The translations under genes and the position numbers were made by a program. The notes under the pieces are model-generated. The model was not told where the DNA came from. It did no database searches and was given only the letters and a program-made list of their open reading frames with translations. Source: Prochlorococcus marinus subsp. pastoris str. CCMP1986 (GTDB lineage: Bacteria > Cyanobacteriota > Cyanobacteriia > PCC-6307 > Cyanobiaceae). From it: a DNA stretch of 32,000 bases. Of this stretch, positions 22,921 to 31,713 are shown one piece after another (positions within the stretch are counted from its first letter, which is position 1; every line of letters starts with the position of its first letter). Where the stretch lies: assembly GCF_000011465.1 (NCBI RefSeq), contig NC_005072.1, positions 960,001 through 992,000 on the forward strand, read 5' to 3'.

Positions 22921-23877
22921 ATGCTTTTAAGTCGAGTAGCTGAATCTCTTTATTGGATTAATCGTTATTTAGAACGTGCGGAAAATATATCTCGTTTCGT
23001 GGAGGTTAGTGAAGCAATGTCTTTAGATTGTCCACCAGGCAGTGCTGAACCATGGCTGCCTTTAATTGATGCTTCAAGTGATAGAGAAACATTTGATTCT
23101 AGATTTCCTGAAAAAAAACAGGATGATGTTATTAATTTTTTAATAAGGGATCGAATAAATCCCAACAGCATAATCTCCTGTATCCAATTGGCTAGAGAAA
23201 ACGCTAGGCAAATAAGGGATGTAATGACATCTGAAATGTGGGAACAAATAAATATTTTATATTGGAATCTACAAGAAGGGGAATCTATATGGGACCTTCC
23301 AAGGCAGGAGCAATTAAGCGAAATAAGAAGAGGATGTCAGTTGTTTTATGGCATTACAGACGCCACTCTTAGCAAAGATCTTGCATGTCAATTTAGTATT
23401 TTAGGTAGATTAATAGAAAGAGCTGATAAGACATCGAGAATCCTAGATGTAAAATATTACTTATTACTTCCAAGCCTAGATGAGCTTGGTGGAGTCTTGG
23501 ATGAGTTGCAGTGGATTGCTCTTCTTCGTTCGGCAGGTGCTTATCAAATGTTCAGGAAAGCAGAACAAAATTCTATCCAGCCAAATTCAGTAGCACGATT
23601 TCTCTTACTAGATAATAATTTCCCAAGATCTGTTAGATACTGTTTGGATGGTATAAGTAATACCCTAAAAATGATTGATACCTCTCCAAGTTCAGATAAT
23701 CCCTCAAAACTTGAGTGCATGAGGGGTTTACTTAAAGCAAAGTGGAGTTATATCAGAATTGAAGATATAATTAATGACGGACTGCATGAGGCTATTGATT
23801 CCCTACAAATTGATTTAAACAAACTGCATAATCTCATAGAAGATAAATATTTTATAAATAAAGAATTTGATCAATGA
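22921..23877 (+). CDS. Alpha-E domain protein (COG2307-like)
   Basis: 318 aa. The N-terminus MLLSRVAESLYWINRYLERAENISRF is the hallmark of the alpha-E domain. The gene starts 1 nt after the ATP-grasp stop. Confidence 0.9.
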   Translation: MLLSRVAESLYWINRYLERAENISRFVEVSEAMSLDCPPGSAEPWLPLIDASSDRETFDSRFPEKKQDDVINFLIRDRINPNSIISCIQLARENARQIRDVMTSEMWEQINILYWNLQEGESIWDLPRQEQLSEIRRGCQLFYGITDATLSKDLACQFSILGRLIERADKTSRILDVKYYLLLPSLDELGGVLDELQWIALLRSAGAYQMFRKAEQNSIQPNSVARFLLLDNNFPRSVRYCLDGISNTLKMIDTSPSSDNPSKLECMRGLLKAKWSYIRIEDIINDGLHEAIDSLQIDLNKLHNLIEDKYFINKEFDQ

Positions 23878-24734
23878 AAATTAAATATATCCATAACCTT
23901 GAATATTCCTATGAAGAATCAGTTCAATTGGGGGAACATCGATTATGTATCAAGCCCAGATCTCATGGATTTCAAAGGCTAATCAACTTTAATTTAAATA
24001 TTTCTCCAAATCCTAAAATTCTTTATCCTTTACTTGCCGCCAGTGGTGAAGAGATTAATAGAATTACCTTTGAGGGATATACCGATTCATTATCTATTAA
24101 AGCAATAAGCGAGGTTGAGACACTTAAACATCCTTGCATTCTTGATGGTGTAAAAGAAAGGGACCTTACATTACCCTTTTGTAGAAGTATCATTAATAGA
24201 GATCTTCAGGGAGCTTTGGAAGGATGGATGCCAAATGGGCAGCATGATCCTTCTGCTATTGAATTAGCGCAAGAGTCATTAGCAGGAAGTAGCAATAATG
24301 CCTTATCTTTCACATTTCAACTTATAGAAATTATTCAGGATCGAGTTAAGTATACGAAAAGGCATACTGGCCCAGCATGGCCAGCAAGCAGGACTCTTAG
24401 AGAAAGGGTTGGGTCATGCAGAGACTTAGCAATGTTAATGGTTGAGTCATGCAGGTCAGTCGGAATTCCAAGCAGATTTGTTAGTGGTTATCATTTTGAA
24501 GATCCTTTACCAAAAGAATTTGAATTACATGCATGGGCTGAATTATATATCCCAGGAGCAGGATGGAGAGGGTTTGATCCAAGCGGTAAAGGATTAATAG
24601 ACGAAAGGTATTTAACATTAGTATCTTCTTCAAAATCGAACCTAACAGCAGTGATTACTGGAAACTTTAGAGGCAAAACAAACCTTAAGAATAATTTGAC
24701 ATGGGAAATAAAGCCTTTAGAAATCTGTTATTAA
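23874..24734 (+). CDS. Transglutaminase-like cysteine-protease-fold protein with a Bact_transglu_N-type N-terminus
   Basis: 286 aa. The catalytic-triad context is GSCRDLAMLMV (Cys), HAWAELY (His) and GFDPS (Asp). An ATGA start/stop overlap links it to the alpha-E gene. Confidence 0.9.
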   Translation: MKIKYIHNLEYSYEESVQLGEHRLCIKPRSHGFQRLINFNLNISPNPKILYPLLAASGEEINRITFEGYTDSLSIKAISEVETLKHPCILDGVKERDLTLPFCRSIINRDLQGALEGWMPNGQHDPSAIELAQESLAGSSNNALSFTFQLIEIIQDRVKYTKRHTGPAWPASRTLRERVGSCRDLAMLMVESCRSVGIPSRFVSGYHFEDPLPKEFELHAWAELYIPGAGWRGFDPSGKGLIDERYLTLVSSSKSNLTAVITGNFRGKTNLKNNLTWEIKPLEICY

Positions 24735-24820
24735 TTAAGGCTTTTAGTCTTTACAATTATTTTGAAGGATATTTAAAAAATAATCTTAATTATTGATTTA
24801 ATAGAGGTGTTCCTTAATTT

Positions 24821-25405
24821 GTGTTAAATGATACGTTATCTTCAAAATTTATCTGTTTTCATTTAATTAATATTTCAAATAAATTGAACTCAACTTTAAA
24901 AATCGAACTTGCCAACCCAAACAAATCTGAAATGTTTGAATTGAAAAGTTACGAAAAATTTCGTGATACGGAAGATGTCAGATTTTTCGATATTAGTATT
25001 AATAACTCAAATTTTAGAGACTTAGTAATTCATAATGGGCCAGCTGTGAGTCCACCTAATGATAAAGAATTAGGCAATTGGCAGTTTTATATTCATCACA
25101 AACAAGAGGATAACCTTTTAGCTATTTCAGGAGGAAGAACTTTTTATCTCGTAAACTTAGGCTGGGAGTACCCTTTCTACAAAGTAAGATTAGAATCATG
25201 TGGATTAATCTTAAAAATCCCTAGAGGAACTTTTCATAGATCTGTTTCTGATGAAAATGGTTCTGTTGTTTTAAATCAAGCTATAAGAGATAAGGGGGGA
25301 AGTGTTGAATCTGAATTCAAAGTTACCAATAGCAAAGATAATAAAAAACTTCACGATTGTATAACAAATTTACAACCTAAATTTAAAATTTATAGTGTTA
25401 AATAA
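24821..25405 (+). CDS. Hypothetical protein, possibly cupin/RmlC-like fold (GTG start)
   Basis: 194 aa. …WQFYIHHKQEDNLLAISGGRTFYLVNL…LILKIPRGTFHRSV…VVLNQA… echoes the H-x-H-x-x-Q-x-D-x-L … IP-x-G-x-x-H layout of RmlC-like cupins. The start is uncertain. Confidence 0.5.
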   Translation: MLNDTLSSKFICFHLINISNKLNSTLKIELANPNKSEMFELKSYEKFRDTEDVRFFDISINNSNFRDLVIHNGPAVSPPNDKELGNWQFYIHHKQEDNLLAISGGRTFYLVNLGWEYPFYKVRLESCGLILKIPRGTFHRSVSDENGSVVLNQAIRDKGGSVESEFKVTNSKDNKKLHDCITNLQPKFKIYSVK

Positions 25406-25488
25406 CTTTAAAAACTTTATTCAAATTTTAAAAACAATTTAAATCATTATCTCATTAAGATAAGATAAAGAAACTGTAAAATCTCAAC

Positions 25489-26007
25489 ATGAATCGATTT
25501 AGCTTTTTAAAATACTTTTTATGTCTGACTTTTTCTTTTCTGATTTTTACCTCTCCTGTTTTTGCAGGTGCAAATGTGGCGACCAAAGGAGAGGGAGATG
25601 AGGTTCCTAGTTACGTAAGATCTAATATTACTGGTTTTGATTTTCATGGAGAGGATCTTCATTTATCCTCAATAGCAGGAGCAGTAGCAAGAGATGCTGA
25701 CTTTAGCGAAGTCGATCTTCATGGAACAACATTAACTTTATCTGACTTAAAAGGTTCTAATCTTAATGGAATAGATTTAACTGATACTCTCGCAGATAGA
25801 GTGAATTTTCAAAAAACAGATTTAAGGAATTCCATTTTGATAAACATGATAGCTTCTGGTAGTAGCTTTGCTGGTGCTCAAATAGAGGGAGCAGATTTTT
25901 CTTACGCGATTCTGGATAGTGAAGACCAGAGAAATCTCTGCAAAATTGCTGAAGGAGTTAATCCAACTACAGGGGTTTCTACTAGAGATAGTCTTGAATG
26001 TAATTAA
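25489..26007 (+). CDS. Pentapeptide-repeat protein with a signal peptide (lumenal or periplasmic type)
   Basis: 172 aa with the signal MNRFSFLKYFLCLTFSFLIFTSPVFA. Consecutive A(D/N)LxX-type pentads follow (…ADFSEVDLHGTTLTLSDLKGSNLNGIDLTDTLADRVNFQKTDLRNS…GADFSYAIL). Confidence 0.85.
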   Translation: MNRFSFLKYFLCLTFSFLIFTSPVFAGANVATKGEGDEVPSYVRSNITGFDFHGEDLHLSSIAGAVARDADFSEVDLHGTTLTLSDLKGSNLNGIDLTDTLADRVNFQKTDLRNSILINMIASGSSFAGAQIEGADFSYAILDSEDQRNLCKIAEGVNPTTGVSTRDSLECN

Positions 26008-26018
26008 GTAGTTTAATA

Positions 26019-26378
26019 TTAGATAAATTTTTTCTTCCCATTAATATATTTATAGATCTTTTGATCTGGATCTATAAATATTGTTTCTCCATTTAATTTT
26101 GACTTCTTAAATTTTGAGAGTCTTGCTCTATGAATATTAGATTTTCTATTTGTAATATCTTCATTATCATAAATTCCTATATTGATATTAATATCCGGAT
26201 CTGAAAATGTTTTTTCATCATCTCGTGAAAAAATTTTTTCAATATTTGACTCTTTACTAAGGAGTTTCTTTTTAAATTTAGATAACTTATTATTCTTATT
26301 TTTTTTTATATTTATAATTTTTTGAATTAGTAAAATTAGAACTAAAGCACAAGCAAAGCCAATTAAATATATATTCAT
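26019..26378 (-). CDS. Hypothetical N-terminally anchored basic protein
   Basis: 119-aa ORF with a TM helix (IYLIGFACALVLILLIQ). An ATGA overlap couples it to the upstream small ORF. Confidence 0.5.
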   Translation of the reverse strand: MNIYLIGFACALVLILLIQKIINIKKNKNNKLSKFKKKLLSKESNIEKIFSRDDEKTFSDPDININIGIYDNEDITNRKSNIHRARLSKFKKSKLNGETIFIDPDQKIYKYINGKKKFI

Positions 26379-26569
26379 CTAATTTTAATTTTGAAATCAA
26401 ATCCTAAATTGCTTTTAGTGGTTAATATTTCCTTTTTAAAAATCCCATAGGTAAAAATTCCAGATAAAGTTTTTAGAGATTCAAAAACCAAAAAAGAGAT
26501 TAATAAGAAGAAAATCATAATTGAATCAACAAGATAACTTCTTTTTTTATTTAACAAATTATTCATCAA
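26375..26569 (-). CDS. Hypothetical small membrane protein
   Basis: 64-aa ORF with one TM helix. It lies 12 nt downstream of the pfkB stop and overlaps the next start by 4 nt. Confidence 0.45.
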   Translation of the reverse strand: MMNNLLNKKRSYLVDSIMIFFLLISFLVFESLKTLSGIFTYGIFKKEILTTKSNLGFDFKIKIR

Positions 26570-26581
26570 AAATTCACCTAA

Positions 26582-27451
26582 CTATAATTGATAACATTTT
26601 TTATATGGTCCAAAATGTTCACTGCAATTTCTACCCATTATTTTAGCAAGATTTAAACTTTCTTCTATATTCCAATCTGAGGAAAGTCCATAAAGAATTC
26701 CTGCCGCGAAAGAATCGCCGCATCCATATGAGTCAACCTTATTTTTTTTAGTTTTAATAGCTTTATATCTACCTCCTGGGAATACTATCCCGCCATTCTC
26801 ACCTTCTGTTTTGATAACATATTTTGGGTTTAATTTTAATTCATCTAAAGAAAAAACTTCTCCAGGATCAAGATTACTTCCAATTAATCCATCTAAAAAT
26901 ATCTCGGATTCGTTAATTATATTTAACCCTACTCTGGGCGTCGTACATAATATTTTAGCTACCCTCGATTTTTTAAATAATTCTTTATCGCCTGCCGTAA
27001 TAAAAACTCCATCCATCTCATCAAGGATAGCCCAATCTAAATCATCAATATGATTAGGAGACAATCTATCTCCAATAATAGTGATAGATCTTTCGCCATC
27101 AGAATCAATTACACTGAAACCTTTTCTTGTTGGTTTATCTCGCCATCCTACATGTAATTTAATACCCATATTTTCAAGAATATTTAAACATTGCTTACCA
27201 TAAAAATCATTCCCTAAAGCTGTAAAGAAATGGACTTCACTGTTCGTTAATTCCCTTAGTCTTTTAGCTATTACTGATCCTCCCCCGGCAGGATATTCTA
27301 AAGATTTTTTAGAATGAGAGATTAAACCTGGTTGAGGTAATTGATCTACTTCAATAAAATTTATCCACTCGATATGTCCAATAACAGCAAACTTTAGGTT
27401 TCCTTTTATAAATTTATAATCCTGAAAATTATAATTTTCTTCTTCAATCAT
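26582..27451 (-). CDS. pfkB-family carbohydrate (ribokinase-like) kinase
   Basis: It has the pfkB signature-2-like block VDSYGCGDSFAAGILYGL, plus the GG motif and the overall layout of the family. I trimmed the start to the Met at 27451 (MIEEENY…, 289 aa). The 46-codon track extension overlaps the divergent gene at 27487 and looks non-native. Confidence 0.85.
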   Translation of the reverse strand: MIEEENYNFQDYKFIKGNLKFAVIGHIEWINFIEVDQLPQPGLISHSKKSLEYPAGGGSVIAKRLRELTNSEVHFFTALGNDFYGKQCLNILENMGIKLHVGWRDKPTRKGFSVIDSDGERSITIIGDRLSPNHIDDLDWAILDEMDGVFITAGDKELFKKSRVAKILCTTPRVGLNIINESEIFLDGLIGSNLDPGEVFSLDELKLNPKYVIKTEGENGGIVFPGGRYKAIKTKKNKVDSYGCGDSFAAGILYGLSSDWNIEESLNLAKIMGRNCSEHFGPYKKCYQL

Positions 27452-27486
27452 AAGTTTATTAATACTATTATTAGGGTATATATCAT

Positions 27487-27861
27487 TTGCATATGAATTC
27501 ACTAAACATACTAAAAGATAATAAACAAAAACTATCTTATCTTTACCTTTTTCTATCATTCCTTGGAGCAATCCTTCCAATGATGGCAAATTTTGATTTT
27601 GCTATTGAATATGGAAATAGTTTTGACATTAAAAATTTTATTTCATTAGCAAATGCTAATCCAGCAGCTCAATCCATTTCAAGAGATTTGTTAGTTGGTG
27701 CTACTGCAGTTTTTATTTGGATAGTAAATGAATCTAAAAAATTGAATATAAAAAATATGTGGGTTGTTTATATTGGAACCTTTTTAATAGCATTTGCTTT
27801 CTCTGCCCCTTTTTTCTTATTTCTTAGAGAAAGAAGAATAATTGAAATAGAAAAAAAATAA
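27487..27861 (+). CDS. Hypothetical small membrane protein (three or four TM helices)
   Basis: 124-aa ORF with hydrophobic helices (YLYLFLSFLGAILPMM, LLVGATAVFIWIV, MWVVYIGTFLIAFAFSAPFFLFL). Confidence 0.55.
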   Translation: MHMNSLNILKDNKQKLSYLYLFLSFLGAILPMMANFDFAIEYGNSFDIKNFISLANANPAAQSISRDLLVGATAVFIWIVNESKKLNIKNMWVVYIGTFLIAFAFSAPFFLFLRERRIIEIEKK

Positions 27862-27881
27862 ATATTATTTATATAAAACTT

Positions 27882-29111
27882 TTAAAATGATTTCTTAAAT
27901 ATCATCGCAAACATTAAAAAACAAATAAATGAAATTACTAACCACATAATCGATGCATATCCAAAAAGATCTAGTATTCTCCCAGAAATAAATGGTCCAA
28001 AAAAATATCCCATTGCAAAACATTGTGATAAAAGTGCTAGTGCATAACCTTTTTTATTTGTAGGGGCAATACTGAAAACAACATCTGTAGATGTTGGTAG
28101 AAAGGAAGATGTGCCTAAACTTATTAAGACGATTGCAAAAAACACGAAATAAAAAGCTGCAATATTTAAATAACTAGAAATAAATAACAACAGTGAGGCG
28201 AAAGAAAAGTTGATTAAGCTAAATTTCAATCCAAATAATTTTCCTTTTTTTGATATCCATGAACCAATTGGCCATTGTAAAATTAATAATAAAATTAACT
28301 GAAAAGAAATTATAAAACTAATAACTTGTTCATTTAAGATATCTCTAATGACTCCACCCTTAACAAGATCAAGTGGTAATGTCACCTGAATTAAAGCAAG
28401 AGATGTAGTTATTAATATCACAGATAAAACTATTATGGTTGTATTTTTATTCCATCTCTTTTGATAAATTTTAACTTCATCTAAAGCCTTTTTTTGAGAT
28501 TTCTCTAAAGTTTTTTTTATAGACTTTTTATTTCTTAAAATCAAAAAAATAATTGAAAGCATGCAAAATATATCATTAAAAAAAATCGATTTGAGATAAA
28601 TAAAATTATTCATAAATCCACCAATAAATACTCCTAAAAATATCCCCAAAGCCTCAGAAGTTCTAACGAGGGCATAAGCTTTTCTTGTATCAATAGGTTG
28701 ACAAAAATATGGGACTACAAATTCTGCAGTAGGCCAATATATCCCGGCGGCTGCCCCAATAAAAGCTTGACCAAGGATGTAAAAGTAAATATCTTTTGAA
28801 ATAATTAAACAAAATCCTGCAGCGATACTTATGAATGAAGAGATAACTAAAGGATTTTGAATTTTGCCTGTTTTATTTAGATAATTCCCAGTAACGATTC
28901 TTGTTAAAGTACCTATGATTGCTGATATCGTAAAACCTAGACCAATTTCTGTTGCTGACAATCCAATATTATTAAAAATAAGGGATGTTAAATAAATCAC
29001 GCCTCCTGCTCCAAATGAAGCAAAAAATCTTATTTTAGTAATTAACCTTAAATGAAAGGGAAATTGACTCCACCAAAGTTTACTTGTAATAAATTTATTC
29101 GGAATAAACAC
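27882..29111 (-). CDS. Major facilitator superfamily transporter (GTG start)
   Basis: 409 aa with about 12 hydrophobic segments split by a central basic loop (…RNKKSIKKTLEKSQKKALDEVKIYQKRWNK…). This is a typical MFS 6+6 topology. Confidence 0.8.
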   Translation of the reverse strand: MFIPNKFITSKLWWSQFPFHLRLITKIRFFASFGAGGVIYLTSLIFNNIGLSATEIGLGFTISAIIGTLTRIVTGNYLNKTGKIQNPLVISSFISIAAGFCLIISKDIYFYILGQAFIGAAAGIYWPTAEFVVPYFCQPIDTRKAYALVRTSEALGIFLGVFIGGFMNNFIYLKSIFFNDIFCMLSIIFLILRNKKSIKKTLEKSQKKALDEVKIYQKRWNKNTTIIVLSVILITTSLALIQVTLPLDLVKGGVIRDILNEQVISFIISFQLILLLILQWPIGSWISKKGKLFGLKFSLINFSFASLLLFISSYLNIAAFYFVFFAIVLISLGTSSFLPTSTDVVFSIAPTNKKGYALALLSQCFAMGYFFGPFISGRILDLFGYASIMWLVISFICFLMFAMIFKKSF

Positions 29112-29113
29112 AA

Positions 29114-30676
29114 TTGAAATTCATTTTTATACTTTTTTTAAGTTTCTTTAGTTTTTGTTCAGCAAAAGATGTAATAGCGGCTGAAAAGATAAATATCAAG
29201 TTCGAAGAGATGACAATCCCTTTAACTATAGATCAATTATTAAACTTAGAGAATTATAAGGATGATTCTACAGAAGTAATAGACTGGTTTAAGCAAAATG
29301 GTTTTTTAAAAGTATTTGAGATATCAAGATTTTTAAAATTCCCAGTTTTTAAAGAAGAAAGTTTGAACAGGCAAGTATTAAGAAGTTGGGTAGGTAACAA
29401 GATTCTTTCTGAATTAAGTAATACTATTTTGGTTCCCAATGACAAAGATGGTATTAAGGTTTTTAATACAATAGAAAGTTTGTTGGAAGTCAAAAATGAA
29501 GTTTCGACTTTGGACATCCTAAAGGCTTTACCTTCAGAAGAAATTTCATTAGATATTGATAATTTAATTTTAATAATTTCTTCATGGAAAAAGGAATTAG
29601 CAAAACAACAAAGTTTAAACCTAAAATTAAAATCATTAGAAAAAACCAATTACTCTTTATCCAAGAAAAAAATATATAAAGAGGATTCAGATCTTATAAA
29701 AATTAATAAGAAAATTTATTCGCCTCATAGAGGTGAGCCTTTAAAAATTGAATTATGGAAAAATAAGAAAACTAAATCAAATAAAGATCTAATTATATTT
29801 ATGCCAGGACTTGGAGGAAATATTGATAATTTCAGATGGATTGGTATTGAATTAAGTAAGAGAGGTTGGCCTGTATTATTTATAGATCATGAAGGAAGTA
29901 ATTCAGAAGCTTTTTTGGAAGTTCTCGAAGGTACTAATTCAATTCCAACAAGTGCTGACTTTTTCTTATACCGTATCAAAGATTTAGATGCAGTAATAAA
30001 AGCGCATAATAATGGGAAATTAGGATTAGCCAATGATTCATATATTTTAATGGGACATTCATTAGGAGCTTTAATAGCTTTTTTGTATGAAGGTGATTTA
30101 CCTAAAGATGAATTTGAAAAGAGATGTGATTTAGCTTTAAAAGATTTTGCAATAACAAATTTATCAAAATTACTTCAATGTCAACTAAACGAAATTCCAT
30201 TACCCGAAATAATCAATTCAAAGAAAGCAAATGGAATCATAGGATTTAATTCATTTGGAAGCTTAATCTGGCCAAATGAAAAAAATTCTGGGATTGAGAT
30301 TCCAGTACTTTTAATTGGAGGGACTTATGATCTTATAACTCCCTTAATAAGTGAGCAATTCAAAGTGTTTTTATCTACGACTAATAATCCCTTAAATAGA
30401 TTCTTGATTATTGAGGGATCAAGTCATTTTTCACCAATAAGAATCAATGATAAGTATTCAGAAAATATCGAAAATAATGATATTTTTAAAATCAATAAAT
30501 CTTTTATTGGATCTAATCCTTACTCTTTTCAAAATTTATCTTTAAAAGTTATCTTAGAGTTTTTAGAAAATATAAAAAATAATGAAAGCATTAAAGTTAT
30601 AAAAAATCAAACTGAAAGCAATCTTGATTTTCATCTTTTAGATAGAAAGACTTTAAAAACAATAATCAAAAATTAG
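29114..30676 (+). CDS. Secreted alpha/beta-hydrolase-fold esterase or lipase-like protein (TTG start)
   Basis: 520 aa with the signal-like N-terminus MKFIFILFLSFFSFCSA. It has the nucleophile elbow LMGHSLGALIAF (GxSxG). Downstream …GGTYDLITP… and …EGSSHFSP… fit the Asp and His positions. Confidence 0.8.
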   Translation: MKFIFILFLSFFSFCSAKDVIAAEKINIKFEEMTIPLTIDQLLNLENYKDDSTEVIDWFKQNGFLKVFEISRFLKFPVFKEESLNRQVLRSWVGNKILSELSNTILVPNDKDGIKVFNTIESLLEVKNEVSTLDILKALPSEEISLDIDNLILIISSWKKELAKQQSLNLKLKSLEKTNYSLSKKKIYKEDSDLIKINKKIYSPHRGEPLKIELWKNKKTKSNKDLIIFMPGLGGNIDNFRWIGIELSKRGWPVLFIDHEGSNSEAFLEVLEGTNSIPTSADFFLYRIKDLDAVIKAHNNGKLGLANDSYILMGHSLGALIAFLYEGDLPKDEFEKRCDLALKDFAITNLSKLLQCQLNEIPLPEIINSKKANGIIGFNSFGSLIWPNEKNSGIEIPVLLIGGTYDLITPLISEQFKVFLSTTNNPLNRFLIIEGSSHFSPIRINDKYSENIENNDIFKINKSFIGSNPYSFQNLSLKVILEFLENIKNNESIKVIKNQTESNLDFHLLDRKTLKTIIKN

Positions 30677-31713
30677 TATTCAATTCGAGGATCTAATATA
30701 GCAATTAAAATATCCACAAAAAGATTTAATGAGACTATTAGTAAAGAGGTGATAATTACAATTCCTTGAACAACAGTATAATCCCGTTGGGAAATAGCTT
30801 CATGTAACCTTAAAGCTATCCCTGGCCATGAAAAAGTAACTTCAAAAAGAAGCGCTCCTCCTGCTAAAGAAGCTATTGTTAAGCCAGAAATCGTAACAAT
30901 AGGCAAAAGTGCATTAGGTAAAGAGTGATTTAAGATAATTTTCCTTCTTGAAATTCCTCTGCATAAAGCTGCATTTACATAATCACTTTTAAGTGTCTTG
31001 TCTAAATTTATTCTTAAAGATCTACTAAAAATTCCGCTCAAAAGAAACCCAAGAGTTATTGAAGGTAGTGCAAGATGATATAAGCTTTCTCTTAAATAGA
31101 TAAAATTATTATTTAGAAGACTATCTAAAACTAGAAACCCTGTAATTTTAGGTTGGCTATAAGTGATTGGGAACCTCCCACCAATTGGAAAAATTCTTAA
31201 ATATACAGAAAATATTAATTGAGCTAAAATTGCCCCCCAGAAAGGTGGAATCGCATATGAAGAGATTCCTATTACTCTGGATATGTAATCTCCTTTTTTC
31301 CCTTTATTTTTTAAACCAAAAAAACCAAGCGGAAATCCTATAAAGATTGCAAAGATTATTGAAAAGATACCCAGTTCTAAACTCGCTGGTAATGATTTAA
31401 GAATAATATCAAGAACCGGTTCTTGAGTACTTAAAGATTCTCCAAAATTTAAGTGCAAAATATTATTAATGTAAGAAAGATATTGAATAAGAAGAGATTC
31501 ATTTAACCCTAATTTATATCTAAGAATTTCTCTTGAAGCTTCATTAGCTCCAGATCCTAAAATTGCGTCAACTGGGTCTCCTGGTGCAACTCTCAACAAA
31601 ATAAAAACTAATGTAGATATAATCCACAACATCAAAGGTATTAAAGAAATCTTTAATAAAGAATAATTTAAAAGTTTATTAAGATCTCTACTCATTAATG
31701 AATTTGAGATCAC
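30673..31713 (-). CDS. ABC transporter permease, DppB/OppB (peptide/nickel) type
   Basis: 346 aa. The N-terminus …LRVAPGDPVD… and the EAA-like loop …DYVNAALCRGISRRKIILNHSLPNALLPIVT… are typical of this family. The start is either GTG at 31713 or ATG at 31695. Confidence 0.9.
   Translation of the reverse strand: MISNSLMSRDLNKLLNYSLLKISLIPLMLWIISTLVFILLRVAPGDPVDAILGSGANEASREILRYKLGLNESLLIQYLSYINNILHLNFGESLSTQEPVLDIILKSLPASLELGIFSIIFAIFIGFPLGFFGLKNKGKKGDYISRVIGISSYAIPPFWGAILAQLIFSVYLRIFPIGGRFPITYSQPKITGFLVLDSLLNNNFIYLRESLYHLALPSITLGFLLSGIFSRSLRINLDKTLKSDYVNAALCRGISRRKIILNHSLPNALLPIVTISGLTIASLAGGALLFEVTFSWPGIALRLHEAISQRDYTVVQGIVIITSLLIVSLNLFVDILIAILDPRIEY

Noticed and set aside
22965-23171. 68-aa minus-strand ORF inside the alpha-E gene
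   Set aside because: It is antisense to a CDS with a hallmark N-terminal motif.
24491-24676. 61-aa minus-strand ORF inside the transglutaminase gene
   Set aside because: It is antisense to a CDS with an intact catalytic triad.
26811-27053. 80-aa plus-strand ORF inside the pfkB kinase gene
   Set aside because: It is antisense to a CDS with the pfkB signature.
27452-27589. 46-codon N-terminal extension of the pfkB ORF as given in the track
   Set aside because: The extension is hydrophobic and atypical for soluble pfkB kinases. It also overlaps the divergent gene starting at 27487. The internal Met at 27451 gives a normal-length kinase.
29254-29649. 131-aa minus-strand ORF inside the hydrolase gene
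   Set aside because: It is antisense to the long alpha/beta-hydrolase ORF and has no features of its own.
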